Part shown: one piece after another, positions 1-12,042 of the stretch
Layout: the number at the start of each line of letters is the position of its first letter
How positions within the stretch are numbered: position 1 is the stretch's first letter
From: Dicyema japonicum
Taxonomy: Eukaryota; Animalia; Dicyemida
Reading direction: 5' to 3'
Assembly: GCA_011109175.1 (NCBI GenBank)
Contig: RDEW01000013.1
Span: 165,476-229,475 of the forward strand
Length of the DNA: 64,000 nucleotides
The notes under the pieces: generated by a model
Told to the model about the DNA's origin: nothing
The model's input: only the letters and a program-made list of their open reading frames with translations
Databases searched by the model: none
Program-made: the position numbers and the translations under genes

Positions 1-155
1 CATTACGGATACGTTTCTTTGATTCAGAATTTTGGTTTCTGCGAATGAAACCAAATATTACTTTCTTTCCATGATCTTTTTGAATCCACGTGCAAATGGG
101 TTATTTTCTATTTTCAAATGGACAATCTAAAAAGAATCAATTAAACTTATTAATG

Positions 156-996
156 TCAATTATAATAAATTGCTTTGACATTTCAAAGTCTTCGCTAAAA
201 TCAAAGCTTTTCGCTAAGTTGTTGGCTCACCTTGGGGTTCTGGTAGGCTGTTACTGCAATGAACTCTGTAATGGGAAGAAGAACTTTTCTGTAGGGGACA
301 AAGGGACTCTGAGTCGAGTGTTTGACCACGTGTACTCTAAGACAGTACTTTCTCATTGAAATTACAGATATCTAATATATTATTTGCTATATACAAGTCC
401 ATATTTACGTCTGAGGCTGTTGGTGAGTTTCAGTTTGTTGAAGTTGATGGAGGTCTTCTCCCAGTGTTCCAGTTTGGCGGGGACTCAATGCTCCAGGTTA
501 TGTCATTTTTTATCCCCTCTTCATTGGAACCTGCTGAAAAGTTGAGAGTTTGCCATCCACCTTCGTCAGGGACATATTTATATCGATGATCCCCCATTTG
601 TACAACGTCCACCCCGAATGAATAGTACTCGTTTGTATTTAAACATGTCGATTCAATTTTGATTGAAATAGGCGGGAAAATTCGTCTACAAATTACCCCA
701 ATTAACTCAATTAAGTAATATTAACCTAATAATTGCTGCACATATTAAATTTAATAGTTTTAGTACCTCCCATTTTTTGTGACAATCATCTCATTCACAT
801 GCTCGTTGAACTGTTCCCACACGTGCTGATTCGTCAAAGTTATTTGTATATTTTTCATATTTGTGTCATTTTCATTATCATTCGCACAGTGATTGACATA
901 AGAACTGTAAAACTCGTTTTGGGAGGTTGCAATCATTTTCATGGCAGGGTCCATTCCAAAACAGCCAGTTGCTAGAATTTTGAGATTTCTGCGCAT
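156..996 (-). CDS. T-box transcription factor, Brachyury-like (multi-exon, two frame disruptions)
   Basis: Spliced translation gives NEMIVTKNGR|RIFP, DHRYKY, ESP..EHW..INFNKLKLTN, ISMRKY..RVHVV, EFIAVTAYQN and LAKSF. Introns 686-766 (81 nt) and a 23-nt GT-AG intron near 375-400. 1-nt shift at the G run 479-482 and a short deletion after YQNPK. Confidence 0.85.
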
Positions 997-1699
997 TGCA
1001 CCGTTGATATTAACGAATATTCATGCTTCCATCAATAACACTTAACTTTCATTAACAATCCATCATTTCAGTTCTACGTTCAAGAAATTGCAAAAATCTG
1101 TCAAAAATCAAATTACCAAATAAAAGCTGTGGTTATATCAGATTCAACACACAAGCGGGGAGTAATAAAATGACAATTATTCACAGTTTTAGAGAATACC
1201 TGCAAATATCTTAGACGACTCGGATAATTAATGTTCACTAATTTGCTGGGACACTCAAAAAACTTACTCAAAAATTAATAAAATTAAGTGTTTTCCATTT
1301 CTAAGTATTTTTAATCTTATTTGGAGTAGTTTCAAATTAGTTTACAGAAAATTACAATTCCAAGACAAATCAGGCTTCAGCAGCCAAGGACAGTGACCTT
1401 CACTATGCCAGTCCCAGGCGCTGGGAACCGCATCTCGGAAGTAAATCCAATTTGGTAGCTTGAAACTTTGTGGACTGACTAATAGTCCACAGATTCATTT
1501 TTAACTAAGGCCATTTGTTTGAGAATTTTATTTGATTACTGTGAGCATGGGGTAATTCCTAACCCTTCAAAGTGATAGTATTCGACAGCCATTTCCTGAT
1601 GAATATTATAATAAATTGATTTTGTCTACACTTCACCATTTAAAGGAATATTTAATAAATTTAGTTTACACAGATATCCTTATTTTCATGAACAAATGA

Positions 1700-1800
1700 G
1701 GCCCTCCGAGTTCTGCACAGATCCACCTGTCGGATCTCTGGCTTTGACGTTTCGCTAGCCACCGGTTTCTTTCACTAAAGGGACCGGAAATGAATAAATA
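1700..1800 (+). mobile_element. 3' end fragment of a jockey/I-like LINE family
   Basis: GGATCTCTG...GCTAGCCACCGGTTTCTTTCAC...AATAAA motif recurs at about 2540-2605, 7735-7830(-), 13080-13175, 41745-41800 and 63770-63830(-). Confidence 0.55.
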
Positions 1801-3149
1801 GAGTCTGTAGTCCTGGTACTCCCTCTCTTGACTGTGGGGAAATACACTCAAATAACCAACGTTTAAGGAGGGCGAGAGGTCATTCGATATTCTCCCAGTA
1901 TAACTACAAGATTAATTGAATAAAATACATTTTCTTAAAAATTGTTTACTGGGTTTTCAATTTAAGGAATCCACAATATTTTTGAATTTATCCTTTTTCC
2001 CGCCTCCTTAATAACTTTTTCGTGACCTGTATAACAAATTGTCTAATTAGATTCAATAAAAAGTCTCATTCAATTGAAATTGTATTTTTTTCATCAAAAT
2101 TTATTATTTAAATTCCGCATAAATTATAATTTGATTAAGTCTTCATTTGAATGCTGTGTTGTACAAGAAATCTCGTCTCTTTCCCATAGCAACTTGTAAT
2201 TTTTATTTTATTTTTCTTTGTTGTTTTCGTGTCATTTTTATTTCGTTGGAAAACAGTCTGTCAAAAATTGAAGTTATTATCTCACTCACGTGAACCTTAT
2301 TTAGACGTCGAGTTAGCAGTGGCCACTGGATTGTGGGATGAAATGCAAAAGTTTTAAGATTCCCTTCGATTAAGACTGAATCCCATGGGAATATTCGAAT
2401 GAGTCCTTAGAAAATAGGTTTCCTTTCGATTAGGAGTTTCAGAGTAATCATGTACTAACATCTTGACTATCATGAAGCACTAAATGCAATATTTGGTGGT
2501 TGGGAACATTTCTCGGCATTGCACTGAATACTGATCTCTATGAGCGTTTTGGTTGTTACGTTTTTTGTTAGCCACAGGTTTCCTTCACAGAAGGGTAAAT
2601 AAATAACTTTGCTTGTCATATCTCACCTGTCTCTCTACAGATATCTATATTTACCAACAATCAAATGCAGTGCCTCAAGACAGATAATTCACTTTATCCC
2701 TACTACCTCTTCACCATTTACTGTATAAGAATAGATCATCCACCTGAGATTATGCCTATCTTAGTTCCCCGTTAAGTCTGACGTCAAAGAATCGAAGGTA
2801 TATCAGGCAACTGAAATTCTTTAAGATCACCTCACCAACTGAAGCATATTCTACTGCCGCTAAGCAAGTGATTTAATTTTGTCTAATTAAGTGATATTAC
2901 ATAAAATATTAATTTCTGATTTATTAATGATATAAAATTAATTATAATAATTTTTCATTAACAATTAAAATAACGTGATTCTCTTGGGTTAATTGTCGTT
3001 AATTTTACGCACGAGTGGGAAATGGGGGATCTTCTATAAAATGATAAAGCCGGGGGTATTATTGATATTATCAATTTTTGGAGTCAACGTGTTTTAATCG
3101 AAATTATTTGTGATGCTTGTAGTATTTATACCATGACTCAAACATGTAT

Positions 3150-4450
3150 TAGGTTTTCACATGGATCGCCACCTACGCTGTAGTTAACTGACCCAATCTC
3201 TTACTCTTATCATGAACTATAATACAGGTTCCTTGGTTGTGGCCACAGGATGAGCGCAGAGCTACTGTTCCAAAATTTATTTATCTTGTGACTTGGAGTA
3301 AAGTCAACCTTTCGAAAGCAAACGGTTGTCCAGTTAAACATAAATGAAGTCTAAGGGAGTGTCCCGACATATATTCCATCTACCTCATCCTATCTGATCA
3401 ACTTCACACCAGACCTCTATCCTTTTCTCGATGTGTTATTACTTGTGGAAACTTCAACATCCATCATCCTCCTTGTTAGCTTCCAACAATTATCAAGATT
3501 ATGTGTGACATCGACGGCATGGTTGTTCTAAACAAGCCACACCTACACGCTGGTTGTGTCTCCCGTCCTTGATATGGCATCTTCTCTACCTACTCTTTCT
3601 GACGCTCCTACTTGCTAGGATGTCATTTCTGATCTTCCAACGGATCAACCCGATAACAATCATCAACAAAGTGTATTCTCATAAACTTCCTTTAACATCA
3701 TCAACACATCTCTACAGTTCTTTTACTGATTCCATTATTACATCTTTCTTGAATAGCGAACTGTGGTCTTCATTTCTTTTCTGAGATCACTGAGCTGTCC
3801 TGGGACCGTCGAAGGATAAAGTTAATGTGAGCTGGTGATTGAAGAATCAAATCTCCTTCGTGGAATGAGTTATACTAAACCTTATCTACCGTTTGTCGAA
3901 TCCCAATACTGGTTTGGTTCTCTTCACAACTCGTCTGGAAATCCTTACCCAATTCACTGATTACTATGACAATCATGAACCTCCATCGATATCACATCCA
4001 TCAATATCAACAAAGTCTTCATCGAGACACGTTCTGAACAAAGAGATCGTCACCACTGAGATCCTTGCGTTGGATGGGTGTCAACGACCTCAATTCACAT
4101 CCTACCAAGTCGTCCTTGGGGCTCCTCACAACGGACCTGGACCTTGAACCAAATTTGTAGCTAAATGGTACCCTTGTCAAATGAAAAAATAAGTACTCCG
4201 CTTTTGATCACCTCCTGTTTTTCTCCAAACACGTCACACACATTTGTCACAAGTCCCATAAGTTTAACATACGGGCTGCCACTTCTTTTGGCCAGAACAA
4301 GGAAGGTACAACAATGAACTATCCCATTTCTGCATGGGTAAGTTGTATCTCTAACAATCCTCGAGAAAATCAAGAAGATTTAGACACCTTCCTTACATCA
4401 TAACCACATGCTTATCTTACATTCAAGCTGATCACCTTCATTGGGAATAA
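3150..4450 (+). mobile_element. Degraded LINE (APE endonuclease plus start of RT)
   Basis: Fragmented frames give CGNFNIHH (GDFNxHH APE motif) and YPISA (RPISL-like); many stops. Confidence 0.5.
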
Positions 4451-4660
4451 ATGATTCTTTTATCCTTACCATCAATCAATTTTTTTTGGTAAAATCTGAT
4501 ATTTTATAAATGTTTTTATAAAAATTTTAAATAATTAAGCTTTATTAATAAAATTTAAAAGTGAAAACTAATAAATGTAACAATGGTCGTACTCAAAAAA
4601 ACAACACCAAGAACGATTAAAAATACTTTTTTTAAATTCCAAAAATCATCCTTGTTTTTG

Positions 4661-5131
4661 CTATACTTGTGATAAAATGCGTTCTAAAATAAACAAAGTT
4701 TTTACCCATCCACCACTGTCGTCGATCCACGGCATCAAATTCTTTTCAATATAACCGGATAGGGAGTCGATCATTATCTTGACAAACACTGCTTGATTAT
4801 TTTTGCATTTTCTCCTCAGAAAATAATAGAAAAAAGCGTAACAAATAACAATCTTATTCCAACTGTGGGGACCAACTGCGAAAACGTCTTCAATGATAGA
4901 CCTAAAGATGGTCCCAACGTCATTATTGTTTGAAAGGGATTCCTCCTGTTCTTTAATGGCTTGACTTTTCATCATTGCACGGAATAAAAATCTCTGCTCT
5001 TCTATTATTTCAAGTATGAGTTTGTGCATGAGCTGACTTGTCTTGAATTCATTTTTAATTCTATAGCCAACAGCAGCATGCATAACATTAGATGTGATAA
5101 TTCTAAAATCCTCTACCACGTGGTCAGTCAT
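4661..5131 (-). CDS. Bcl-2 family protein (BH1 and BH2 recognisable), intronless, about 156 aa
   Basis: BH1-like FAVGPHSWNKIVICYAF and BH2-like PWIDDSGGW. First ATG at 5131 within ORF 4661-5140. Confidence 0.8.
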   Translation of the reverse strand: MTDHVVEDFRIITSNVMHAAVGYRIKNEFKTSQLMHKLILEIIEEQRFLFRAMMKSQAIKEQEESLSNNNDVGTIFRSIIEDVFAVGPHSWNKIVICYAFFYYFLRRKCKNNQAVFVKIMIDSLSGYIEKNLMPWIDDSGGWVKTLFILERILSQV

Positions 5132-5663
5132 TACAATCACTAAATACGTTAAAATTATATATAATCATAATATTGACGTCAGGTCATTGATTGGGAAAGA
5201 ATCTAATTAATGATTTATACATATTGCTCTCATGCCAACTTAATATTTACAAATTCAACATAATTCGCACTGTTGCCCAAGTCTTGGTATATATTTTTAA
5301 TAAATTTTAGATATAAAAAGCTTTTACTCAGCTCCCTCGGTGGGAGGAATCCTCTACAAGCATCACGTCTATCAATATTCGCCATTATGGGTACTCTTCT
5401 TTGGAGTAAGGAAAAGAGGGTCATTTCTGGATCCAGGCCAGACACTGAAGCTTTCCTAAGTTAGGTATATCCCATGACGCCTAGGAAGTGAAAAAATACA
5501 GAGAAGAACGGAACCAAGTAGGTAGCGGCGTGGGAATCTAACTCACATCATCGGGATGGGAGTGACAGCACCAACGGCTAAGGTACTTAGAATAACTCAT
5601 CAAAACATATTTAATTCATTTTTTTCAAATTTTGCAATATAAATTAAAATATTTTATTTAAAT

Positions 5664-6154
5664 TCATTTTCTGTTAAAACGTGTTTTCCCGCGCATTTCA
5701 GATGGAAGTTCAACCAATCCTGGAAATAGTACCTGTCTGTAGCATTCACATATACATTGGCGCGGATGATTTAATCCAAAATGAGACCAAACGTGCTCTT
5801 TAGTAATATCTGGCTCTTTCACCTTATTGAGTTCAAATAGACACAAGAAATGATTGTGAATCTCCTCAGAATCCATTCCATATACCTCCACAACAATGTC
5901 ATCATTAAAAGCGGTTATTAAATGAATATTCGGCACGTGGCAACGATTCTGTTGAATTATTATTTGTAAATGTGGGTTCTTGTACTGTATTTGAGGAAGT
6001 CGCCAAAATATAAAATCCTTAGTCCTGGTGTTTTCACTTGACTGACTTCATTTACAATCATATTGGTGATGGATTCGTGGATTAACAATTTTCCCTTTTC
6101 TAAATAGGATTTTGTTCTTCTTAGCGCGTACTTTCCTCCAATTAAGTAACTCAT
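5664..6154 (-). CDS. MRPS25: Mitochondrial ribosomal protein S25
   Basis: GKYALRRTKSYLEKG, DFIFWRLPQIQYKNP and RQCICE..QV..PGLVELPSEMRGK match MRPS25 motifs. A 1-nt frame shift near 6017-6020 joins the two ORFs. Confidence 0.88.
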
Positions 6155-6704
6155 CCACAACCAAGTTATAATTATTTTTTTGAATTTTTAAAATATTAAA
6201 AATATTCTTAATTTAGATGTTTTATTTATTGTCGTATTTAAAAATTAATTATCCCTTGGTGGAATTACCGGGATGGCGCGATTTTCAGGGATTAGAAAAG
6301 TCCTTATTGTCTGTGGTTAGAATCTCGCTGCTGTACATCTGAAGGTTCCATTCATCTACTATGCCTTAGTTCGACGAATGACGTTGCCATCAGTGAATAC
6401 TTCACCGTGGAACCTATTATGACTCACACGTAGCAAAAAGAAAGAAGTGTGGAACATCATGTAGCTATGAGCAACATGATCTACGTCCTATATGTGGTTG
6501 TGTGGATTCGAGAGAATAACATCATTGCTGTTGTGTGTCATGTGATTAATTAGTTGGTTCGATTTATTGTCACGATCTTTGTTTTCCCAATAAATCATTA
6601 AGGAGCTTTTCTAATTGGATTATTACTTATCTTCATGGACGTTTAAGGCTAAACGATTGGTCCTCCAATTTTAGTTTTTGAAATCAATAAAATAAAAATA
6701 TTAT

Positions 6705-7000
6705 TCGCACGCTATAGATCGTGACAAACATGCGTAACACGGAAAATCAAATTACTAGTTTCCTTCTTCCATTTTTGTGACTTTTTCCATGTTCCGTACC
6801 CTGTCAGGTTCCTCGTCGCTGGGGCGTCTCCCGATTTTTTAAGAGCTTCATCAGGGACGGTCGGTAGCGTTGTCCTTGGCCGACCACGGAAACGCGAGGC
6901 GTCCAGAACAAAGTACTCCTCCGTGGCTAAGTTCGCGCTGACTATTTGATCTCGCTCTCAATCCTGTGGTGGAATGACTACTCAGTCAGGTTACCGTATG
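6705..7000 (-). mobile_element. RTE-like LINE 3' fragment
   Basis: EYF..RFRGRPRTTLP C-terminal motif, shared with the copies at 15840, 32146 and 63530. Confidence 0.65.
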
Positions 7001-7903
7001 ACTCTTAGATTGACTTTTTCTTAAATTAGTAAATTTACTTTTTTAAATAATAAATAATGTCAAAAATAATAAGATGACCCCAGTATTCCCTAGGACAACT
7101 GCGGTGAATCTCCACGTTCTCTTAAAGTTCTTTGTGCTTTTCAGTACCTATTCCGTTCCTCCTTGAGTGGTATTTGAGAACTGACCTCTTATACTTGGGA
7201 TTTGCTTCTTTAACGGTTGAATCGATATGCTTCTCATTGGAAAGTCTGAGAAAACAGGATCCACTAAAAGTTTGAAGAAAATAGCAGAGTAATTGATGAT
7301 GGAGGGAAGTAGGCGTATTCAACCGGCGGTTTTTAGAAGCTTGTTGTAGAAGATAACTGCACATTCAAGTGACGGTCGATTGCAGGAGATGAATATTGTA
7401 CATTAGATTCAGTCTCCACAGGCCTTTGCCCCCAAATTTTTAGATCCTGATATGTTTACGGTTCAGGGCAATGATCAAGGTTTCCTTTAACCTTCGATCA
7501 GTAGAAAAGACTTTACATGACATGAAATTATTCCATAGACCAAGGGTAAAACCAAACTAACAAATCCTGTGATCTTCCACGTTCCAGGCGTTCGCAGATA
7601 AGCTTAGGTATATGTCAGAAATCGTCGTCAGGGAGCGAAATATTCTCCTGGTGGAATGAAGAAGTGGATCCTTTTGAATACAATTCCCCATAAGAATGTA
7701 AAATCCAAATTGTGTGAACCAAGCATTACTCATCATTTATTTACCCCCAGTCTCTTCAACTGAAACAAGCCAGTGGCTAGCAGAAAAGTAACCATATCAA
7801 GCAGATGCTCCCAGAGATCCGTCATGTAAATCAGGTGCGGCGTAAAAATCGAAGGCAAATCAGTCAAGAGAAAAGGTGGTTTATAGATACATCGAGAAAG
7901 AAG

Positions 7904-8128
7904 TTAATAACTTTTACCGACTGTAACAGAAACAGTTCTCCCAATGTCATACAAGTCCATCCAGAACCAGCATGAAAGATAGAAGACGTCCATTCCCTGA
8001 AATTGTGAGAATCCTTCCAGTGGAATAGGGGAGAACAAGTGATCCTTTTGCGTGCCATCCTGGCACTGGGCGTCACCTGAGACAGGTAGATAAAGCGACA
8101 TCACTCTATTGGAAAAGGGAAGAGGAAC
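7904..8128. repeat. Dispersed repeat of unknown class
   Basis: CCAGAACCAGCAT..ATAGAAGACGTCCATTCC core also at about 12670-12905 and 40280-40430; partial copy at 42100-42260. Confidence 0.7.
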
Positions 8129-8990
8129 ATTATTATTATTACTATTACCCCCAGGATCACTGGGTCAAAGAGAAAGAAATAAAAGTTCTCATCTAACTAA
8201 GTGATCCCAGACCGACAAAGGTGAGGACGAATCCGGCGGGGTCGAGAATCCTGAACAGCTCTTCTCATTGGACATGGCATCGGCTTAAAATTTCTGTATG
8301 ATTGTAGATAATTCGATAGTATTTGGAATAGAGGGCAGCTCGGTAGAACAGCCTCTTTTAATAGTTTGTTCAATTAAAAAGTTTTCAATGAATTGGATAT
8401 TGTGATCTGGTCCAATTAACCTTATTGCAGTCTCCTCGATTGCAGATAATTTCAATGTGGAAGATCGTGACATTTGCATTGCCCATGAAGGACTTGCATA
8501 CGTCATCGTTGGTCGGATAAATTGTTTGTAAATCGTGGCAAGGATCCCAGTTTGATCTCTAAGTGTTTTTGAGAGCACTTTTAAAATTCTCATTTTTTTC
8601 AGAGCAGAAGTTACTCTGTTTTCAACATGCCGGATAAAGGTGAGTCCCTGATCAAAGGTTACTCCCAGAATCTTCGGTGTTTTGTTAATAGAGATAGCTT
8701 CGTTCTTCATAAAGACTTTTGGTTCGATACAGAGCTGTCTCTTGTAGGTGGTAAACAGTGTGACAAAGGACTTTGCTGCTGATGTGTCAAGTCTCCGCTT
8801 CGAGAGCCATAGTTCCAAGTTGTCGAGCATTTGTTGAGCCAACTGAGTCGCTGATTGAATGCTTCTGTTCTTGGAAGCAAGAATGATATCGTCGGCATAG
8901 GAGAGGATTAGACAGTTTTCATTACAGGTTTGTGGCATGTCGTTTATGTAGAGATTGAAGAGTTGTAATGTAAATAAATTCACAAGGAAC
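8129..8990 (-). mobile_element. 5'-truncated jockey/I-like LINE with RT C-terminus, 3' UTR and (TAA)n tail
   Basis: LFNLYINDMP, SYADDI and PKILGVTFD in ORF 8285-9091. TAA tail at 8129-8147. The same 3' UTR recurs at 23210-23400(+). Confidence 0.9.
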
Positions 8991-9047
8991 CATAATTTGT
9001 AATATATATTCAAATAAATAATTAAATAATTGTTACATAGAAACTGA

Positions 9048-10464
9048 ATGTCAGTGCAACTTCCTGGAATAAATTCAGCGGGCAAACACATTCCAAGTTA
9101 CCAATCCAACTTCCAACAGTGTTTTGTTTGCTTGACCCAAACACCCGTCCCTGACATGCAGGCATCTAAAATTGTGATGCTGAAACAAAAGGACAGGGAG
9201 AGGATACTCAACGAAAAAGAAATTAACGAGTACAAATTATCGAGTACTTTTAAGATATCAAAATACTAAAATTCAGACAATTCTAATACAAATCTTGGAG
9301 GAGGGTTTTGGAGAGCATACTGCGAGCTGTACGCTCTATGGATCTCCCATCAAGACAATCCAATCTTTGAGGATATCACAGAATTACATGTAATAATGAA
9401 CCATCTTATTAAGGCTGAGAAGTCGAATAGGGAAGGTCGGGACATTTTCATTTTTAGAGGACATAAGCGAGGAATATGACGCCTTCTACTGTCTGGCCTG
9501 TCATTTTCGAGTTTATGGTAACTTGGACTTCCAAGAACTCTTCTTTCACCACTGCTTAGAACTGGCAAAGTTAATGTCGAATGAGTCACGTGAAAAAATA
9601 TCGAAATGCCACTGTGACGTGGGTCTAACATTGAGGAATAAAAGTATCTTGTTTCCCCAACTTAGACGAGTATGAGTCCGCCATAACTGAGTTCGAACTG
9701 GGGTACGATATTCTGTCAGGAATCGAGGAATTCCAGGATAATATCACATATAAGGAGATTTGCGAAAATATAGCAACGACGAGATATGAAGTAGCTCAAC
9801 AACTGCGAGAAAAGGGGGGAAACTTCGATGTTTGTCGAGATTACTTAAAAAAATCCGTGGAAAAGGCAAAAGAAAGTAAAATAAAAATAATTTAGGCAAA
9901 AATTTGACTCTCCACTCATACATGGTCTACAAACTGGCTAAGGTCCTACTGGACTGTTGTGAGCCGAAGGAAGCGTTGTCTGTAATGGTCGATGAGTAAT
10001 CCCAGCTTCTGAATGAGAGAATAAAGTACCGAGATCATACAAACGACTTGAAGGGGATCAGCAAGTGCTACGAGGCCATATCTGAGGCTTATAAACAGTA
10101 AGAGTGGAGCTATAAGGCAGGCTGGACAACTTTGAAAAAAGTCTCCAAAATCTGGAGATATATACTCAGCTGGCAAACAGAAGCAGTGACAACAAAGCAA
10201 TTGCCAAAGCCTGCTATAAATTGGGGATTGTGTATAACGTCATGGTGGAACTAACTAATTTAAGTTTAGGGGGCAAATTCCAAGGCAGTGGAGTATTTGA
10301 ATCAGGCATATAATGCTGCTCGGAACATTAACTCCCCAAAATTGCTGCAGGATATAAAAGTATACAAGGGGGTTGCCTTGGGGAATAAAATGCTTAACCA
10401 AGTAACCAATGGAATTTGCAGTAATAACCTGTTCTCGTGGAAAAACACGAGGACTTTTGACTGA
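9048..10464 (+). CDS. TTC29: Tetratricopeptide repeat protein 29-like (cilia/flagella associated)
   Basis: Spliced translation TILIQILEEGF(W)RAYCELYALW, HLIKAEKSNREE, YCLACHF, SKCYEAISEAY and NLFSWKNTR aligns with recalled TTC29 motifs. Several 20-25 nt introns; 1-nt shift at TTTT 9306-9309. Confidence 0.78.
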
Positions 10465-10559
10465 CCTTTTTAATAAAACTAATTATTAACTACATTTAGC
10501 CGGCGCTATGGTCTTTGAGTTAAGTTTTATGAATAGTGGGCACGTTTATTTTGTTGGGG

Positions 10560-10960
10560 ATACTAAGAGGAAATTGTCTATCAACTAGTCTTACACTTTG
10601 TCTATCTTCAGTTGAAGAGTTTGCGGTCGACGCGGAACCGTATCGTGTTGTGATGGTAAGGTCATGTGACTAAAATAATAACAAAGAGTCTTTGTCGTCA
10701 TTTGTTGGCATGTCATGTAAAAACAGGTTAATAGAGCTAAAGAGAGTGGGGAACTATGGGCACTCCAATTGGTAGTAAACGTGATTACGGCAGGCACCTT
10801 CCCACGTAGTCATAAAAGCCATGAAGGGGTTTAAATTTAGTGATGAAAAGGCAACAACCCCATCACAAGCACACGATGTTAAATAATCAAAGCACCTATT
10901 ATGACCACTCCCTTTGATCTTTTTCTACCATATGCGATCATGTTCATCCTCCCCTCAGGA
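10560..10960 (-). mobile_element. Jockey-type RT fragment
   Basis: Degenerate GVP.GS.LS..NLFLHDMP in shifted frames. Confidence 0.55.
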
Positions 10961-11114
10961 ATCTTGTTAATGATGTTATCTTTGAGGCCACATTTATCAA
11001 TAATTCCATCTGTTTATTGTGAATTATAACATGAAAGTACTCATTCACTTGTTATCTCAATATGGTCCCCTTGAATTATATAAATTTGTAGTGATTTTCG
11101 TAATCAGATTCAGA

Positions 11115-12042
11115 ATGATCGCAATCGTTTTATTACTGAATTTTATGAAAACAGGTTATTTTACTATTAATTTGGAGAAAGCCATGAAATGCGATGGAAA
11201 TGCCGAATGGACAAGTGCTACTACTATCATTCAACTCCCTTAAATTATGAGAATGCAAAGTCTTTCTGTGAAAGCTATGGGATGAATTTGGTTACAATCA
11301 CAAACGAGGAAGAAAATAATTTAATTCACGGTACTATCACTAGTAATTGACAGGGATTGTTGAGAATATTAATATAAACGTGTGGATTAACTACAATTCA
11401 GTTATTTCACTAATTAAATTATAGGGTGGATACTCAAGCTGGCAAACACACCAAGTTAACAGTGATGGCTGCACAGTCATGAATGAATGTGCTAAATGGG
11501 AAAATATTGATTGCATCAAGTCAAGAGCAACTATTTGCCAAGTTCCGAGTATATTCTTTGATGTATGTTTTAGGGGAGAGAGTTGTGTGCAACTGTTTAG
11601 GCTCCACCTCAGGATATTGTTACTTGTATTTCAAGAATGGAACGGGGGTAAGTACCTCATCCAATAGATGTACTCAAATTTCCTCAACATTGTTGGTTGT
11701 GGAGAATGAGGCAGAGAACAACTTCATTTATGGTACTAATGATTATTATTATGATACTTTTATGGCATCAACCACGGAAAATGTAATTTTGGGAATTCAA
11801 AATATAAACAATAATTACGTCTCCTTGACCAATGAACAAACTGTTAGCTCTTTGCATTTATTACAGTCATATTTCAATTGGGGACGGTATGAGCCAATGA
11901 ACTACAAATGTGCTGAGATTAAAAAATGTGGGTATTGGAGATCTGTGGAATGTAGTGAGAGACGCGATTACATTTGCAAAATCGAAGGTATAATATTGCT
12001 AATATAGCCACCCACGGTGGATTATGTAGTGCTCACCAATGA
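11115..12042 (+). CDS. Secreted protein with two C-type lectin domains
   Basis: Hydrophobic N-terminus MIAIVLLLNF. CTLD1: CY...AKSFC..LVTITNEEEN..W..C..C. CTLD2: LLVVENEAENNFI..FNW..EP..C..YWRSVEC..YICK. Four 20-25 nt introns; 1-nt shift near 11212. Confidence 0.8.

Noticed and set aside
5520-5590. tRNA-like T-arm and acceptor (GTGAGTTAGATTCCCACGCCGCTACC on the minus strand)
   Set aside because: No D-arm or anticodon stem can be folded; at most a decayed tRNA-Leu-like fragment.
6000-6045. 20-nt intron GTGAAAACACCAGGACTAAG as the fix for the MRPS25 frame shift
   Set aside because: It restores the frame but would remove about 7 residues that align by length with the family. A 1-nt deletion is more parsimonious, though RNA-seq should decide.
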